DNA of 64,000 bases, from positions 1,376,001 to 1,440,000 of the forward strand of contig CBDBLV010000005.1 of the NCBI GenBank assembly GCA_965207225.1, written 5' to 3'. Below, piece after piece: positions 48,822 to 57,905 of this stretch (position 1 is its first letter; each line of letters begins with the position of its first letter). The notes beneath the pieces were generated by a model that saw nothing but the letters and a program-made list of their open reading frames with translations, was not told where the DNA came from and ran no database searches. This stretch comes from Dehalococcoidia bacterium. GTDB taxonomy: Bacteria; Chloroflexota; Dehalococcoidia; Plut-88900. A program made the position numbers and the translations under genes.

Positions 48822-49379
48822 CTATACCCGCTCCATGTAATCGCCGGAGCGGGTGTCCACTCTTATGGTGTCATCTTCATTGACAAACATTGGGACGGTT
48901 ACGGTAAGGCCGGTTTCGAGGGTGGCGGGCTTTGTGCCGCCCTGGGCTGTGTCGCCCTTGAATCCGGGTTCCGTCTGGGTGACGCGGAGGTCGACGCTGG
49001 TTGGGAGCTCGACGCCGATGGGGACGTCGCCATGGAGAATAACGTCGAGGGTCATGCCTTCCAGGAGGTAGCCGATCATGTCTTCAAGCAGCTCTGATGA
49101 AACGGGGTTCTGCTCAAAGGTGTCGGTGAACATGAAGTAGAACAGGTCGCCGTCCCGGTAGAGGAATTGGGCTTCACGGCGCTCGAGTCGGGCGATGGCG
49201 AAGCGTTCGCCGGCCTGGAAGGTCTTTTCGATGGTGTGGCCCTCGGTGACGTTGCGGAGCTTCATCCTGACCTGGGCCGAGCCCCTGGCGATTTTGATGT
49301 GCTTGAGCATGAGTATCTTGAAAAGGCTGCCATCGATCTCGATGGTCATGCCCTTTCTGATGTCTCCGGTCTCGATCAT
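48822..49379 (-). CDS. efp: Elongation factor P
   Basis: QFLY.DG, TEPGFKGDTA, KPATLETG and VDTRSG motifs; pepP-efp order. Confidence 0.96.
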   Translation of the reverse strand: MIETGDIRKGMTIEIDGSLFKILMLKHIKIARGSAQVRMKLRNVTEGHTIEKTFQAGERFAIARLERREAQFLYRDGDLFYFMFTDTFEQNPVSSELLEDMIGYLLEGMTLDVILHGDVPIGVELPTSVDLRVTQTEPGFKGDTAQGGTKPATLETGLTVTVPMFVNEDDTIRVDTRSGDYMERV

Positions 49380-49435
49380 AAGCGTTCCTCAGTCAGCTAT
49401 CACATTCTGCGCGGAGGCCAACAGAAAGACTCCGC

Positions 49436-50536
49436 TTAATTGGTTGCCAAATCAATTCCCTTGGCAGTCTGAGTTATGACCCGTACTTTGCCGTTCTCCA
49501 AGACTACCATGTCTTCAATCCGGACGCCGCCCCAGCCGGGGATGTAGATACCGGGCTCAATGGTGAAGACCATGTTCTTTGCCAGCACGCTGCCGCCCCG
49601 GGGCCCGACAACGGGCACTTCGTGGACGGCGAGACCTATGCCGTGGCCCAGGGAGTGGCCGAAGCGTTCACCGTATCCGGCAGCGTCGATGACGGTGCGA
49701 GCGAGGGAATCGGCGTCATGGCCGGTCATGCCTGAACGGACCTCTTCTATAGCATTGAGCTGGGCATCGAGGACGGTGTGATAGACCTTGTCGAGTTGTT
49801 GGTCGGGCTTGCCAACCACAATAGTACGGGTGATATCGCTGCAGTAGCCGTTGATCCTGGCTCCCATGTCAATTACGACGGGCTCGCCGTCCTGGATCTG
49901 CTTGTCGGATGGGCGGTGGTGGGGAAGGGCGCCGTTGGGACCGGAGGCGACGATAGTATCGAAGCTGATGGAGTCGGCGCCTGCATCACGCATGGCTTTT
50001 TCAAGCTCCCATGCGACCTGCCTCTCGGTCATGCCGGGCTCGATGGCGGGGACGACTTTTGCGAGTGCTGCGTCGGCGAAGGAGGCGGCCCGGTCGATTT
50101 CTGCAATTTCGGCAGCGTCCTTGACCTCGCGTAGGGCTTCGACTAGGTTGCGGGTGGACATGAGTCGGGGTCGTTCATTGTAAGGAAGCTCCGCCAAGGA
50201 CCGCTTGATTGCGGAGTAGAAAGCGAAGGATACATCCGATGCTTCGAAGCCCAGGCGCTTGGGTTTAATCTCAGCGAGGGCCTCGTGGAACCAGCCGAGG
50301 GGTTTGCCGCCAGCCATCTTGATCAGCGTGTAGTCCGGGCACTGGCGGGCGGTCTGTTCGAAGTAACGGAAATCGGTGGCGATGAAGGCGTGGTCTCGGG
50401 AGACCATGAGGAATCCGGCGGAGCCGCTGAATCCAGAGAGGTAGAGTCGGTTCTCGGGCTGGGAGATGAGTATGGCGTCTAGGCCTGCATCAGCGAGCTT
50501 TTCTCTGAGCCTTTGAGTCCTGTCCAATGTGCTCAT
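49436..50536 (-). CDS. Xaa-Pro aminopeptidase (M24)
   Basis: YCSDITRT, HSLGHGIG..VHE, TIEPGIY and GVRIED motifs. Confidence 0.95.
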   Translation of the reverse strand: MSTLDRTQRLREKLADAGLDAILISQPENRLYLSGFSGSAGFLMVSRDHAFIATDFRYFEQTARQCPDYTLIKMAGGKPLGWFHEALAEIKPKRLGFEASDVSFAFYSAIKRSLAELPYNERPRLMSTRNLVEALREVKDAAEIAEIDRAASFADAALAKVVPAIEPGMTERQVAWELEKAMRDAGADSISFDTIVASGPNGALPHHRPSDKQIQDGEPVVIDMGARINGYCSDITRTIVVGKPDQQLDKVYHTVLDAQLNAIEEVRSGMTGHDADSLARTVIDAAGYGERFGHSLGHGIGLAVHEVPVVGPRGGSVLAKNMVFTIEPGIYIPGWGGVRIEDMVVLENGKVRVITQTAKGIDLATN

Positions 50537-50548
50537 GGTATTTCTATC

Positions 50549-50989
50549 CTAGCGGCTTTCCTTGAGGGAGTCGACGATTAGATCGAGGGCGGATATGTAT
50601 CCCCTCCAGCCCTGACCGGCGACCTGGCCACGGGCGATGGGGGCGATGACGGAAACTGAGCGGAACTTTTCCCGGGCGTGAATGTTGGAGATGTGGACTT
50701 CGATGACGGGGAGACCGGTGTCGGTAAGGGCGTCGCGGAGGGAGAGGCCGTAATGGGTGAGGGCGCCGGGGTTGATTACGATGCCATCGGCGGCTTCGGA
50801 CTCTGCCTGTAGGAAGTCGATAATTGCGCCTTCGTGGTTGGACTGGAAGAAGGAGACCTCGACAGCGATCTCGGCGGCCCGGGCGGAGACGGCGGTTTCA
50901 ACGTCAGCGAGGGTCAGGGTGCCGTATTGAGTCGGGTCACGTTTGCCCAATCGGTTCAGGTTGGGCCCGTTGACTACCAGAATTCTCAT
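50549..50989 (-). CDS. aroQ: Type II 3-dehydroquinate dehydratase
   Basis: NGPNLNRLG.R, QSNHEG, NPGALTH and EVHISN motifs. Confidence 0.97.
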   Translation of the reverse strand: MRILVVNGPNLNRLGKRDPTQYGTLTLADVETAVSARAAEIAVEVSFFQSNHEGAIIDFLQAESEAADGIVINPGALTHYGLSLRDALTDTGLPVIEVHISNIHAREKFRSVSVIAPIARGQVAGQGWRGYISALDLIVDSLKESR

Positions 50990-51930
50990 TGGGACTCCGC
51001 GGAAGCTCGGGCACGTGGATGGGCTTTTTCGTAGGTCTTGCGGGTCTCAGCTGTGGTCATATGGGTGTAAATCTGGGTGGTGCCGAGGCTCTCGTGGCCC
51101 AGGAGTTCCTGGACGACCCGGAGGTCGGCGCCGCCGTCAAGGAGATGGGTGGCGAAGGAGTGGCGCAGGGTGTGGGGATGGGCGGGGTCGTGGAGGCCCT
51201 GCTCAAGAGAGTACTTTCGGACAAGGGCCTGGACGCTGCGGGATGACAGCCGACCACCGCGACCATTGAGGAAGAGGGCGCGGTTCTTGGGATCGGTGGA
51301 GAGCTTTGGTCTGCCGTGGGAGAGGTATCGGGCGATGGCCTGTACTGCCTGTTTGCCAGCGACAACATCTCTTTCCTTGGAGCCTTTACCGAGGACCCGA
51401 ATCTCGCGATTGCCCTCGGCAACGTGGTCTATGTCGAGACCTATGACCTCACTGACCCGGAGGCCGGTAGCATAAATCAGCTCAAGCAAGGCTCGATCAC
51501 GAAGGCCCTGGGGGGTTGGGTCCTGGGGGGCCTCGACGAGGGAGGAGGCCTCCTGTGGAGAAAGGAACTTGGGGAACTTTTTGTCCAGTTTGGGCAGCGA
51601 GATCCGGGCCACGGGGTTGGTATCCAGGATGCCTTCCCGGATGAGAAATCGGTAGAAGGTGCGTAGCACGCTGATTTTCCGGGAGACACTGCGCATGTCA
51701 TGACCGTGCTTGGCTAGGCCCTTGGTGACTTGTATACGGCGTTCGGTCATGAGCCATGAAACGTATTTTCTCAGGACGTGGCGGTCTACGTCGGCGAGGT
51801 TGTAGATGCCGTTGTCTTCCAGGAAGTTTAGGTAGGGGAATAGATCGGTCCTGTAGTTGCGAACCGTATAGGGCGATAGGTTTCGCTCGCCTTCAAGGTG
51901 CAGGATGAATCTGTCGAGGTGTTCGTCCAA
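50986..51930 (-). CDS. xerC: Tyrosine recombinase XerC
   Basis: YATGLRVSE, GKGSKER, HTLRHSFATH and LLGH..LGTTQIYTH motifs; downstream of topA. Confidence 0.9.
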   Translation of the reverse strand: MDEHLDRFILHLEGERNLSPYTVRNYRTDLFPYLNFLEDNGIYNLADVDRHVLRKYVSWLMTERRIQVTKGLAKHGHDMRSVSRKISVLRTFYRFLIREGILDTNPVARISLPKLDKKFPKFLSPQEASSLVEAPQDPTPQGLRDRALLELIYATGLRVSEVIGLDIDHVAEGNREIRVLGKGSKERDVVAGKQAVQAIARYLSHGRPKLSTDPKNRALFLNGRGGRLSSRSVQALVRKYSLEQGLHDPAHPHTLRHSFATHLLDGGADLRVVQELLGHESLGTTQIYTHMTTAETRKTYEKAHPRARASAESQ

Positions 51931-51945
51931 AGCAATCGCTCGGGG

Positions 51946-54405
51946 CTAGGCGGGTACGGGTTCCTTGGCCTTCTTGGAAATGAGAGACCTGGCGTTCTTG
52001 CACTTTGGGTAGCCTGTACAGGCAATGAATTTACCCCTACGCCCGACCTTAATTGCGAGCGGTTTGCCACACTTTTCGCAGGCTTCGTCGATGAGTTCCG
52101 GCTCTGGGCGGGGCTGTTCGCCGGGGAGGGGTCGGGTGTTCTTGCACTTTGGGTAGGCGGTACAGGCGAGGAATTTGCCGCGACGACCTGACCTGACAAC
52201 CATAGGGCTTTCGCACTTGTCACAGACCTCGGAGGTCTCTTCCGGAGCTTCTCGCTCTTCGCCCGGCAGAGGCCGGGTGTTCTTGCACTTGGGGTAGGTG
52301 GTGCAGGCGAGGAATTTGCCGCGACGACCGGACCTGATGACCATGGGGCTCTCACACTTGTCACAGACCTCGGAAGTCTCTTCTGGGGCTTCGCGCTCTT
52401 CGCCGGGGAGGGGTCGGGCATTCTTGCATTCGGGGTAGCCGGAGCAGGACAGGAATTTGCCATAACGTCCGACCTTGATGAGCATGGGGCGTTCGCACTT
52501 TTCGCAGAAGATGTCAGTCTCCTGGGGCTCCTCACCGGGAATGGGCTTCGCGTTCTTGCATTTGGGGTAGGCACTACAGGAAAGGAACCTGCCATTGCGC
52601 CCGAACTTCACTTCCATGGGCTGACCGCATTTGTCGCAGATGATGCCCGTGGCCTCGTCGGGGATGGCATCGGATGCCTTGTCGAGGGCCTGTTGGAAGG
52701 GCTCGTAGAATTCCCGGATGACGGGGACCCACTCGCGCTCTCCGCGGGAAATGTCATCCAGTTCCCGCTCCATCTCGGCGGTGAACCCGAGGTTGACGAT
52801 GTCGGGGAAGTGATCGCTGAGTAGAGCGTTGACCCTTAGACCAAGTTCCGTGGGATGAATACGACCCTTCTCCTTGTGGATGTACTTGCGATCCTGGATG
52901 GTTGAAAGGGTGGGGGCGTAGGTGCTGGGGCGGCCGATGCCGTTCTCTTCCAAGGCCTTAATGAGAGATGCTTCGGTGTAGCGGGGGGGAGGCTGGGTGA
53001 AGTGCTGCTTTCGTTCAAGGCCAAGGAAATCCAGGCTTTCGCCGTTAGAGAGGTTGGGGAGGGGGGGTTGCTTGTCGGAAGCCTGGTCGTCGGCGTCTTC
53101 CTGATAGAGGGTGAGAAATCCTGGGAAAACTGTCACGGAGCCCGTGGCCCGAAACATGTAAACAGGTGTCTTCTCGACGGATTGATTGTTTTCCGCTTCA
53201 ATGTGTGCCGTGGTCTGGTCTATAAGCGCCGCACTCATCTGGCTGGCGATCATGCGCTTCCAGATGAGCTCATAGAGCCTGAGCTGGTCTTTGTCGAGGT
53301 AGGACTGGAGGTAGTCAGGGTCGCGGAAGCAGGAGGTAGGGCGGATGGCTTCGTGGGCCTCCTGGGCGCCCTTGGCTCGAGCTTTGTAGGCGCGAGGCAA
53401 GGGAGGGACGAACTTATCGCCGAACTTTTCGGAGATGTAGCGACGTGCCTCGTTGCGGGCCTCGTTAGAGACGGATGGGGAGTCTGTCCTCATGTAGGTT
53501 ATAAGTCCAACTTGGCCTTCACTTCCGACGGACAAGCCTTCATAAAGCTGCTGGGCGACCGCCATTGTCTTCTTGGCGGTGAAACGCAGCTTACGCCCGG
53601 CCTCCTGCTGAAGGGTGCTGGTGGTGAAGGGAGGGGCGGGCTGACGCCTGGCCTGCTTCTTGTCGACCTTTGAGACAGTGTAGGCGGCGCCGTTAAGGGC
53701 GTCTGTGATTGCGTTGCTGGTCGCCTCATCCGGTATGGCGAGTTTTCCACGCTTGCCCTTCTGGTTGTAGAGGAGGGCTGAGAAAGAACTCTTCTTGAGG
53801 TCTCCTTGTTTCTTCAGGTCCGCCTCGACGGTCCAATATTCCGTGGGGATAAAAGCCGTGATTTCGGCTTCTCGGTCTGAGACCATACGGAGGGCAGCCG
53901 ACTGGACACGCCCGGCGGACAGGCCCTTTTCCAACTTGCGCCAGAGGAGGGGGCTGAGGCGGTATCCGACCACGCGGTCGAGGATGCGACGGGCCTGCTG
54001 GGCGTCGACGAGGTCCATATCGATTTCCCGGGGGTGATCGAATGCCTCGATGATGGCGCCTTTGGTGATTTCGTGGAAGACTACGCGGTGTACGGGGACA
54101 CCCTTGATGTTGGACGCTTCGAGCAGGTGCCAGGAGATGGCCTCGCCTTCTCGGTCTGGGTCTGTGGCCAGGTAGACGGCACTGGCGCCCTTAGCGGCCT
54201 TGGAAAGGTCCTGGACTGTCTTTTTCTGTTTTTTGGGGACCTCGTATGCGGGCTCGAAGTCGTTGGCGACGTTGACGCCGAAGCGGTACTGAGGAAGGTC
54301 CCGGACGTGGCCGAGGGATGCCTGGACGTTGAAGTCTTTGCCCAGGATTTTGCCGATGGTGCGGGCCTTGGCGGGGGATTCCACTATTACGAGTTTTTCA
54401 GCCAT
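51946..54405 (-). CDS. topA: DNA topoisomerase I with five C-terminal zinc ribbons
   Basis: IVESPAKA, ATDPDREGE, SAGRVQ, ITYMRTD and GIGRPSTY motifs. Confidence 0.98.
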   Translation of the reverse strand: MAEKLVIVESPAKARTIGKILGKDFNVQASLGHVRDLPQYRFGVNVANDFEPAYEVPKKQKKTVQDLSKAAKGASAVYLATDPDREGEAISWHLLEASNIKGVPVHRVVFHEITKGAIIEAFDHPREIDMDLVDAQQARRILDRVVGYRLSPLLWRKLEKGLSAGRVQSAALRMVSDREAEITAFIPTEYWTVEADLKKQGDLKKSSFSALLYNQKGKRGKLAIPDEATSNAITDALNGAAYTVSKVDKKQARRQPAPPFTTSTLQQEAGRKLRFTAKKTMAVAQQLYEGLSVGSEGQVGLITYMRTDSPSVSNEARNEARRYISEKFGDKFVPPLPRAYKARAKGAQEAHEAIRPTSCFRDPDYLQSYLDKDQLRLYELIWKRMIASQMSAALIDQTTAHIEAENNQSVEKTPVYMFRATGSVTVFPGFLTLYQEDADDQASDKQPPLPNLSNGESLDFLGLERKQHFTQPPPRYTEASLIKALEENGIGRPSTYAPTLSTIQDRKYIHKEKGRIHPTELGLRVNALLSDHFPDIVNLGFTAEMERELDDISRGEREWVPVIREFYEPFQQALDKASDAIPDEATGIICDKCGQPMEVKFGRNGRFLSCSAYPKCKNAKPIPGEEPQETDIFCEKCERPMLIKVGRYGKFLSCSGYPECKNARPLPGEEREAPEETSEVCDKCESPMVIRSGRRGKFLACTTYPKCKNTRPLPGEEREAPEETSEVCDKCESPMVVRSGRRGKFLACTAYPKCKNTRPLPGEQPRPEPELIDEACEKCGKPLAIKVGRRGKFIACTGYPKCKNARSLISKKAKEPVPA

Positions 54406-54410
54406 AAGGT

Positions 54411-55523
54411 TTACGCGGGGGCGGGATATGCGGGCCTCGTTTCTCGGATTTTGATGTAGGTCATTGCACCCACCTGCTTAACTATACCTTTCAATTCCAT
54501 CATAGCCAGTGTGCTGCTAACAGTCGATACCGGAAGGGCGCATTGTCGGGTGACTTCGTCGATGTGGACGGGCTCCCGAGACAGAAACTGTAACAGATCA
54601 GCCTCGGGAGACGAAACCTCAATAAGTTCTTGCATGACCAGCTGTTCAGGTACGAGTCTGAGGTTGAGCTCTTCCAACACATCTTCTATGCAAGTGACGA
54701 GTTTGGCGCCTTCCTGGATGAGTCGGTTGGCTCCCCGGCTTTTTGGAGAGGTAATGGTTCCGGGCAGTGCGAAGACCTCGCGATTTTGCTCCAGGGCATA
54801 GCTGGCAGTTATCAATGCGCCGCTTTTCTCATCGGCTTCGATGACGAGAGTGCCGAGGGTAAGGCCGCTCATTATGCGGTTTCTACGGGGGAAGTAATCG
54901 GGACGCGGGCGGGTCTCGAGGGGGTAGTCGCTGATGAGGGCGCCGGATTCGGCGATTTCATCGGCAAGGCGTTGGTGCTCGGGCGGGTAAACCATGTCGA
55001 GGCCGCAGGCCTGAATGGCAAGGGTGCGTCCCCCGGCATCGAGGGCCGCGCGATGGGCGACGGAATCGATGCCCCGGGCCAGGCCACTGATCACGGTGAT
55101 CCCGTTGCGCACGAGTTCCATGGACAATAGGTGGGCCATCTCCCGACCGTAAGCTGTGGGCTTTCGGGTCCCAACGACGGCAATTCCCCAGTCGTCCTGC
55201 TCCTTGATTTCGCCCTGAATGTATATTACGGGCGGCCTATCATATATTTGCTGTAAGCGATCGGGGTAGCGGGAGTCGTGCCAGGTGAGGGGTGTAATCT
55301 GCCTGGCAATTAGCTGCGACATCACGGTGTCAGGGTCTATGGATGAACGTCGGGACTGGATGGAGGAGATGGTACGTCTGTCGAGACCTGCCCTCTTGAG
55401 TTCGGCGGCCCCTGCCTTCCAAGCCGATTCTAGAGAGCCGAAGTAAGCTTCAAGAGCAGCGTAGCGGGCCCTGCCAACTCCGGGTATCCTGTTGAAGGCG
55501 ACCCAATACTTGATATCTTGCAT
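54411..55523 (-). CDS. dprA: DNA-processing protein DprA
   Basis: VVGTR, SGLARGID, FPRRNRIMSG and KSGALITA motifs. Confidence 0.96.
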   Translation of the reverse strand: MQDIKYWVAFNRIPGVGRARYAALEAYFGSLESAWKAGAAELKRAGLDRRTISSIQSRRSSIDPDTVMSQLIARQITPLTWHDSRYPDRLQQIYDRPPVIYIQGEIKEQDDWGIAVVGTRKPTAYGREMAHLLSMELVRNGITVISGLARGIDSVAHRAALDAGGRTLAIQACGLDMVYPPEHQRLADEIAESGALISDYPLETRPRPDYFPRRNRIMSGLTLGTLVIEADEKSGALITASYALEQNREVFALPGTITSPKSRGANRLIQEGAKLVTCIEDVLEELNLRLVPEQLVMQELIEVSSPEADLLQFLSREPVHIDEVTRQCALPVSTVSSTLAMMELKGIVKQVGAMTYIKIRETRPAYPAPA

Positions 55524-55751
55524 GCAAGGGATTCTAGCACAGGGAAGTTAGGTGAAGAACAGCAAGGGGTGACAGTGAAGGGTAGGATAAGCCCTCTGCT
55601 ATGAATTTGTGACCATGGATAGCGTGTTTTCGAATCAAACACAACTATCGCGAAAGGGGTCCGGAAACTCCTACCATCCAGCAAACTTTTCTTTCGGCGA
55701 ACATGAGCGGCGGAATGGCAATCAGCTGTGTCACATGTCGGGGACTTGCGA

Positions 55752-56666
55752 TCAGATGAAACCGAGTTTTTGCACAAAGTCCCGAGTCAGCGCTGCGCAT
55801 TCTCGGGGTTGCTCCAGCTGGAGGAGGTGGGTTGCATCCGGCAGGAAGTCGTAGTCGATGCTGAGCACATCGCTGAGGTCGAGGGTTGGCAGGAAGGAGA
55901 AGGGCAGGGTGGGGTCTGCGCCGACAACTTTTATTGGACAGCGGAAGGCATCGAAGTTAATTCCCACGGCAAAAGCCGAGGCATAGTCTACAATCTGGGC
56001 TTCATATTCCCGGGGGCAACGTAATTCAAAGCCTTTTCCGCTATCCCGCTTGCGTAGTGTGGTTCTGGCCACCAATTCAAAGACCCCCGGCACAACGCGT
56101 GCGTAAAGCGGGACTATGGACACAACCTCAATTAGCTGGTGCATTGACTTGAATTTCTCAGTGCGGCGTCGGGCGACCGCTGCGGCGCGTGTAGCTGCTG
56201 CATCGAAGTCTTCATATGACGTGCGAGTGGGTTTACAGAGAGGTGGATCGAAGAGAACGAGGCCCGATAGCCCGCTCCCCTTAAATGGGGACATCAGCGC
56301 TATAAGGGCCGAAAGGGAATGAAAGACGCCTACAGTTGGCTTTTCTCCGTAGTGGGAGTTAGCGGCTTCAAGAATTCGATCATGGTCCGCGGCTAGTGTA
56401 GGAACGTTGTGCGCGTCCATTTGACTGGCTCGGTTCCAGCCATGATTTCTGAGATCGTGGATGATGAGGTCAAACTCTTCGGTGAGGAGAGACCAGTAGG
56501 GGACGTAAAGATCGATTGCAAAGCCATTGCCATGGGTCAGGAGAAGCCTTGGGCCATCCGGGTTACCGTGGCGACGCAAGGTGACGACGGTGTTATCGTC
56601 GACTGGGACGTCAAAGGTGGAGAGGGGCTCGGGAATCTGCCAAACCGGATCTAAGGTCCGCATCAC
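55752..56666 (-). CDS. Alpha/beta hydrolase (SupD-like)
   Basis: HGNG, DLRNHG, FHSLS nucleophile elbow and THLL; coupled to the PPTase gene. Confidence 0.85.
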   Translation of the reverse strand: MMRTLDPVWQIPEPLSTFDVPVDDNTVVTLRRHGNPDGPRLLLTHGNGFAIDLYVPYWSLLTEEFDLIIHDLRNHGWNRASQMDAHNVPTLAADHDRILEAANSHYGEKPTVGVFHSLSALIALMSPFKGSGLSGLVLFDPPLCKPTRTSYEDFDAAATRAAAVARRRTEKFKSMHQLIEVVSIVPLYARVVPGVFELVARTTLRKRDSGKGFELRCPREYEAQIVDYASAFAVGINFDAFRCPIKVVGADPTLPFSFLPTLDLSDVLSIDYDFLPDATHLLQLEQPRECAALTRDFVQKLGFI

Positions 56667-57523
56667 GATACTACGATTTCCAGAGATTGGCGGTCTCCAT
56701 CAGACTGTTTGGAGGACAGTGACGGGCCCAGTTCTTGGGCAACAGCAGCGCAAAAGCCATTTGTAGTCAAGGTGTCCAGGCGCCAGGCAATGGAGGTAGC
56801 TTGAGGAAAGCGAAAGATGCCACTGGTGCCCCCAAATAGCAAAGCTAAGGGCACTTCGAAGCTGGAGATGTCTAGAGACAGGCCCATGCCAACCGCCTTT
56901 ATAAGCGCCTCCTTAATGGTCCAGAGCCTGAAGAATAGGCGTTGCCGATTGATTGCAGACTCGGTCAATTCCATGGCTGCACGTTCTGCGGGCGTGAATG
57001 CGGTTTCGATGAGCGGGAGCAAATTGCGGTCGGTGTCCCACTCTTCGATATCGACTCCCACGCGACCCCCTTCGCACAATCCTATCAGACCGTGGCTTCC
57101 GCTGTGACTGACGTTAAAGCTGATGGGATGTGACTTTCCCTTGACGATGGCATACGGCTTTTCGAAGTAGGAGGACCCTATGGTCAGTTGCTCGTTGGAG
57201 CACCCGAGATGGGTGCAGAGAATGAAGCGCAGAGCGGCGCGGCAGAGAATAAAGCGGTGCCGAGGGCCTGAGGTGGTGAACCTTTGGGCACGCGCCCGTT
57301 CGTAGTCGTCCAACAGGGCGAAGGCCTCGGCCTCTCGGGCAGGGCCGGGGCCCAGGTCTAGGCTATGGGCAGTGACACTTCCGACTTGAAACGCCTTCTT
57401 CCACCATTTCTTGGTAGTGGAAGCGGATGCTACAGCCAACAAGTGAACGTAATCTCTGTTCAGTATGAGTGCATGCTGAGCCTGCTTTGGCCAAGATTGG
57501 GATCTGGCGTTCGGGCCGCTCAA
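56663..57523 (-). CDS. Sfp-type 4'-phosphopantetheinyl transferase (SupC-like)
   Basis: FNVSHS, VGVDIE and WTIKEALIKAVG motifs; start uncertain. Confidence 0.93.
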   Translation of the reverse strand: MSGPNARSQSWPKQAQHALILNRDYVHLLAVASASTTKKWWKKAFQVGSVTAHSLDLGPGPAREAEAFALLDDYERARAQRFTTSGPRHRFILCRAALRFILCTHLGCSNEQLTIGSSYFEKPYAIVKGKSHPISFNVSHSGSHGLIGLCEGGRVGVDIEEWDTDRNLLPLIETAFTPAERAAMELTESAINRQRLFFRLWTIKEALIKAVGMGLSLDISSFEVPLALLFGGTSGIFRFPQATSIAWRLDTLTTNGFCAAVAQELGPSLSSKQSDGDRQSLEIVVS

Positions 57524-57565
57524 CCAATATGAGGGGGCCTAGTGTGTTGAAACTATGTGAACCGG

Positions 57566-57811
57566 TCAGGCTGCTTGGCCGTCGATAAAGTCAACGACTT
57601 TCTTCAGGTTGTCGATAGCAGCGCAGTCATCGGGGGTGATGGTGACGTTGAAGTCTTCTGCTATCATCTTCGCCAATGTAACAATATCCGTAGAAGGTAC
57701 GCCGGCATCGGCGAGGCTGAAATCCAGGTCGTCGGGGAGGTCGAGGGCTTTGCCGTCCACTTCAATGTTGTCGTTTACCAGTTTTCGGAGTCGGTCTGCA
57801 GTCGAGGCCAT
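57566..57811 (-). CDS. Stand-alone acyl carrier protein (SupB-like)
   Basis: 81 aa, acidic; LADAGVPSTD serine motif; EDFNVTI helix pattern. Confidence 0.85.
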   Translation of the reverse strand: MASTADRLRKLVNDNIEVDGKALDLPDDLDFSLADAGVPSTDIVTLAKMIAEDFNVTITPDDCAAIDNLKKVVDFIDGQAA

Positions 57812-57905
57812 AACACTATTCCTTCCACAGTAACGTGAATTTGCAGATGGGTCTTGACACACTTCTAGGATACCAACGTAGACTTGCTATTTCAAGAAGA
57901 AGGGG

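Noticed and set aside
50986-51930. Prophage or island integrase
   Set aside because: Standard dprA-topA-xerC housekeeping context; no phage genes
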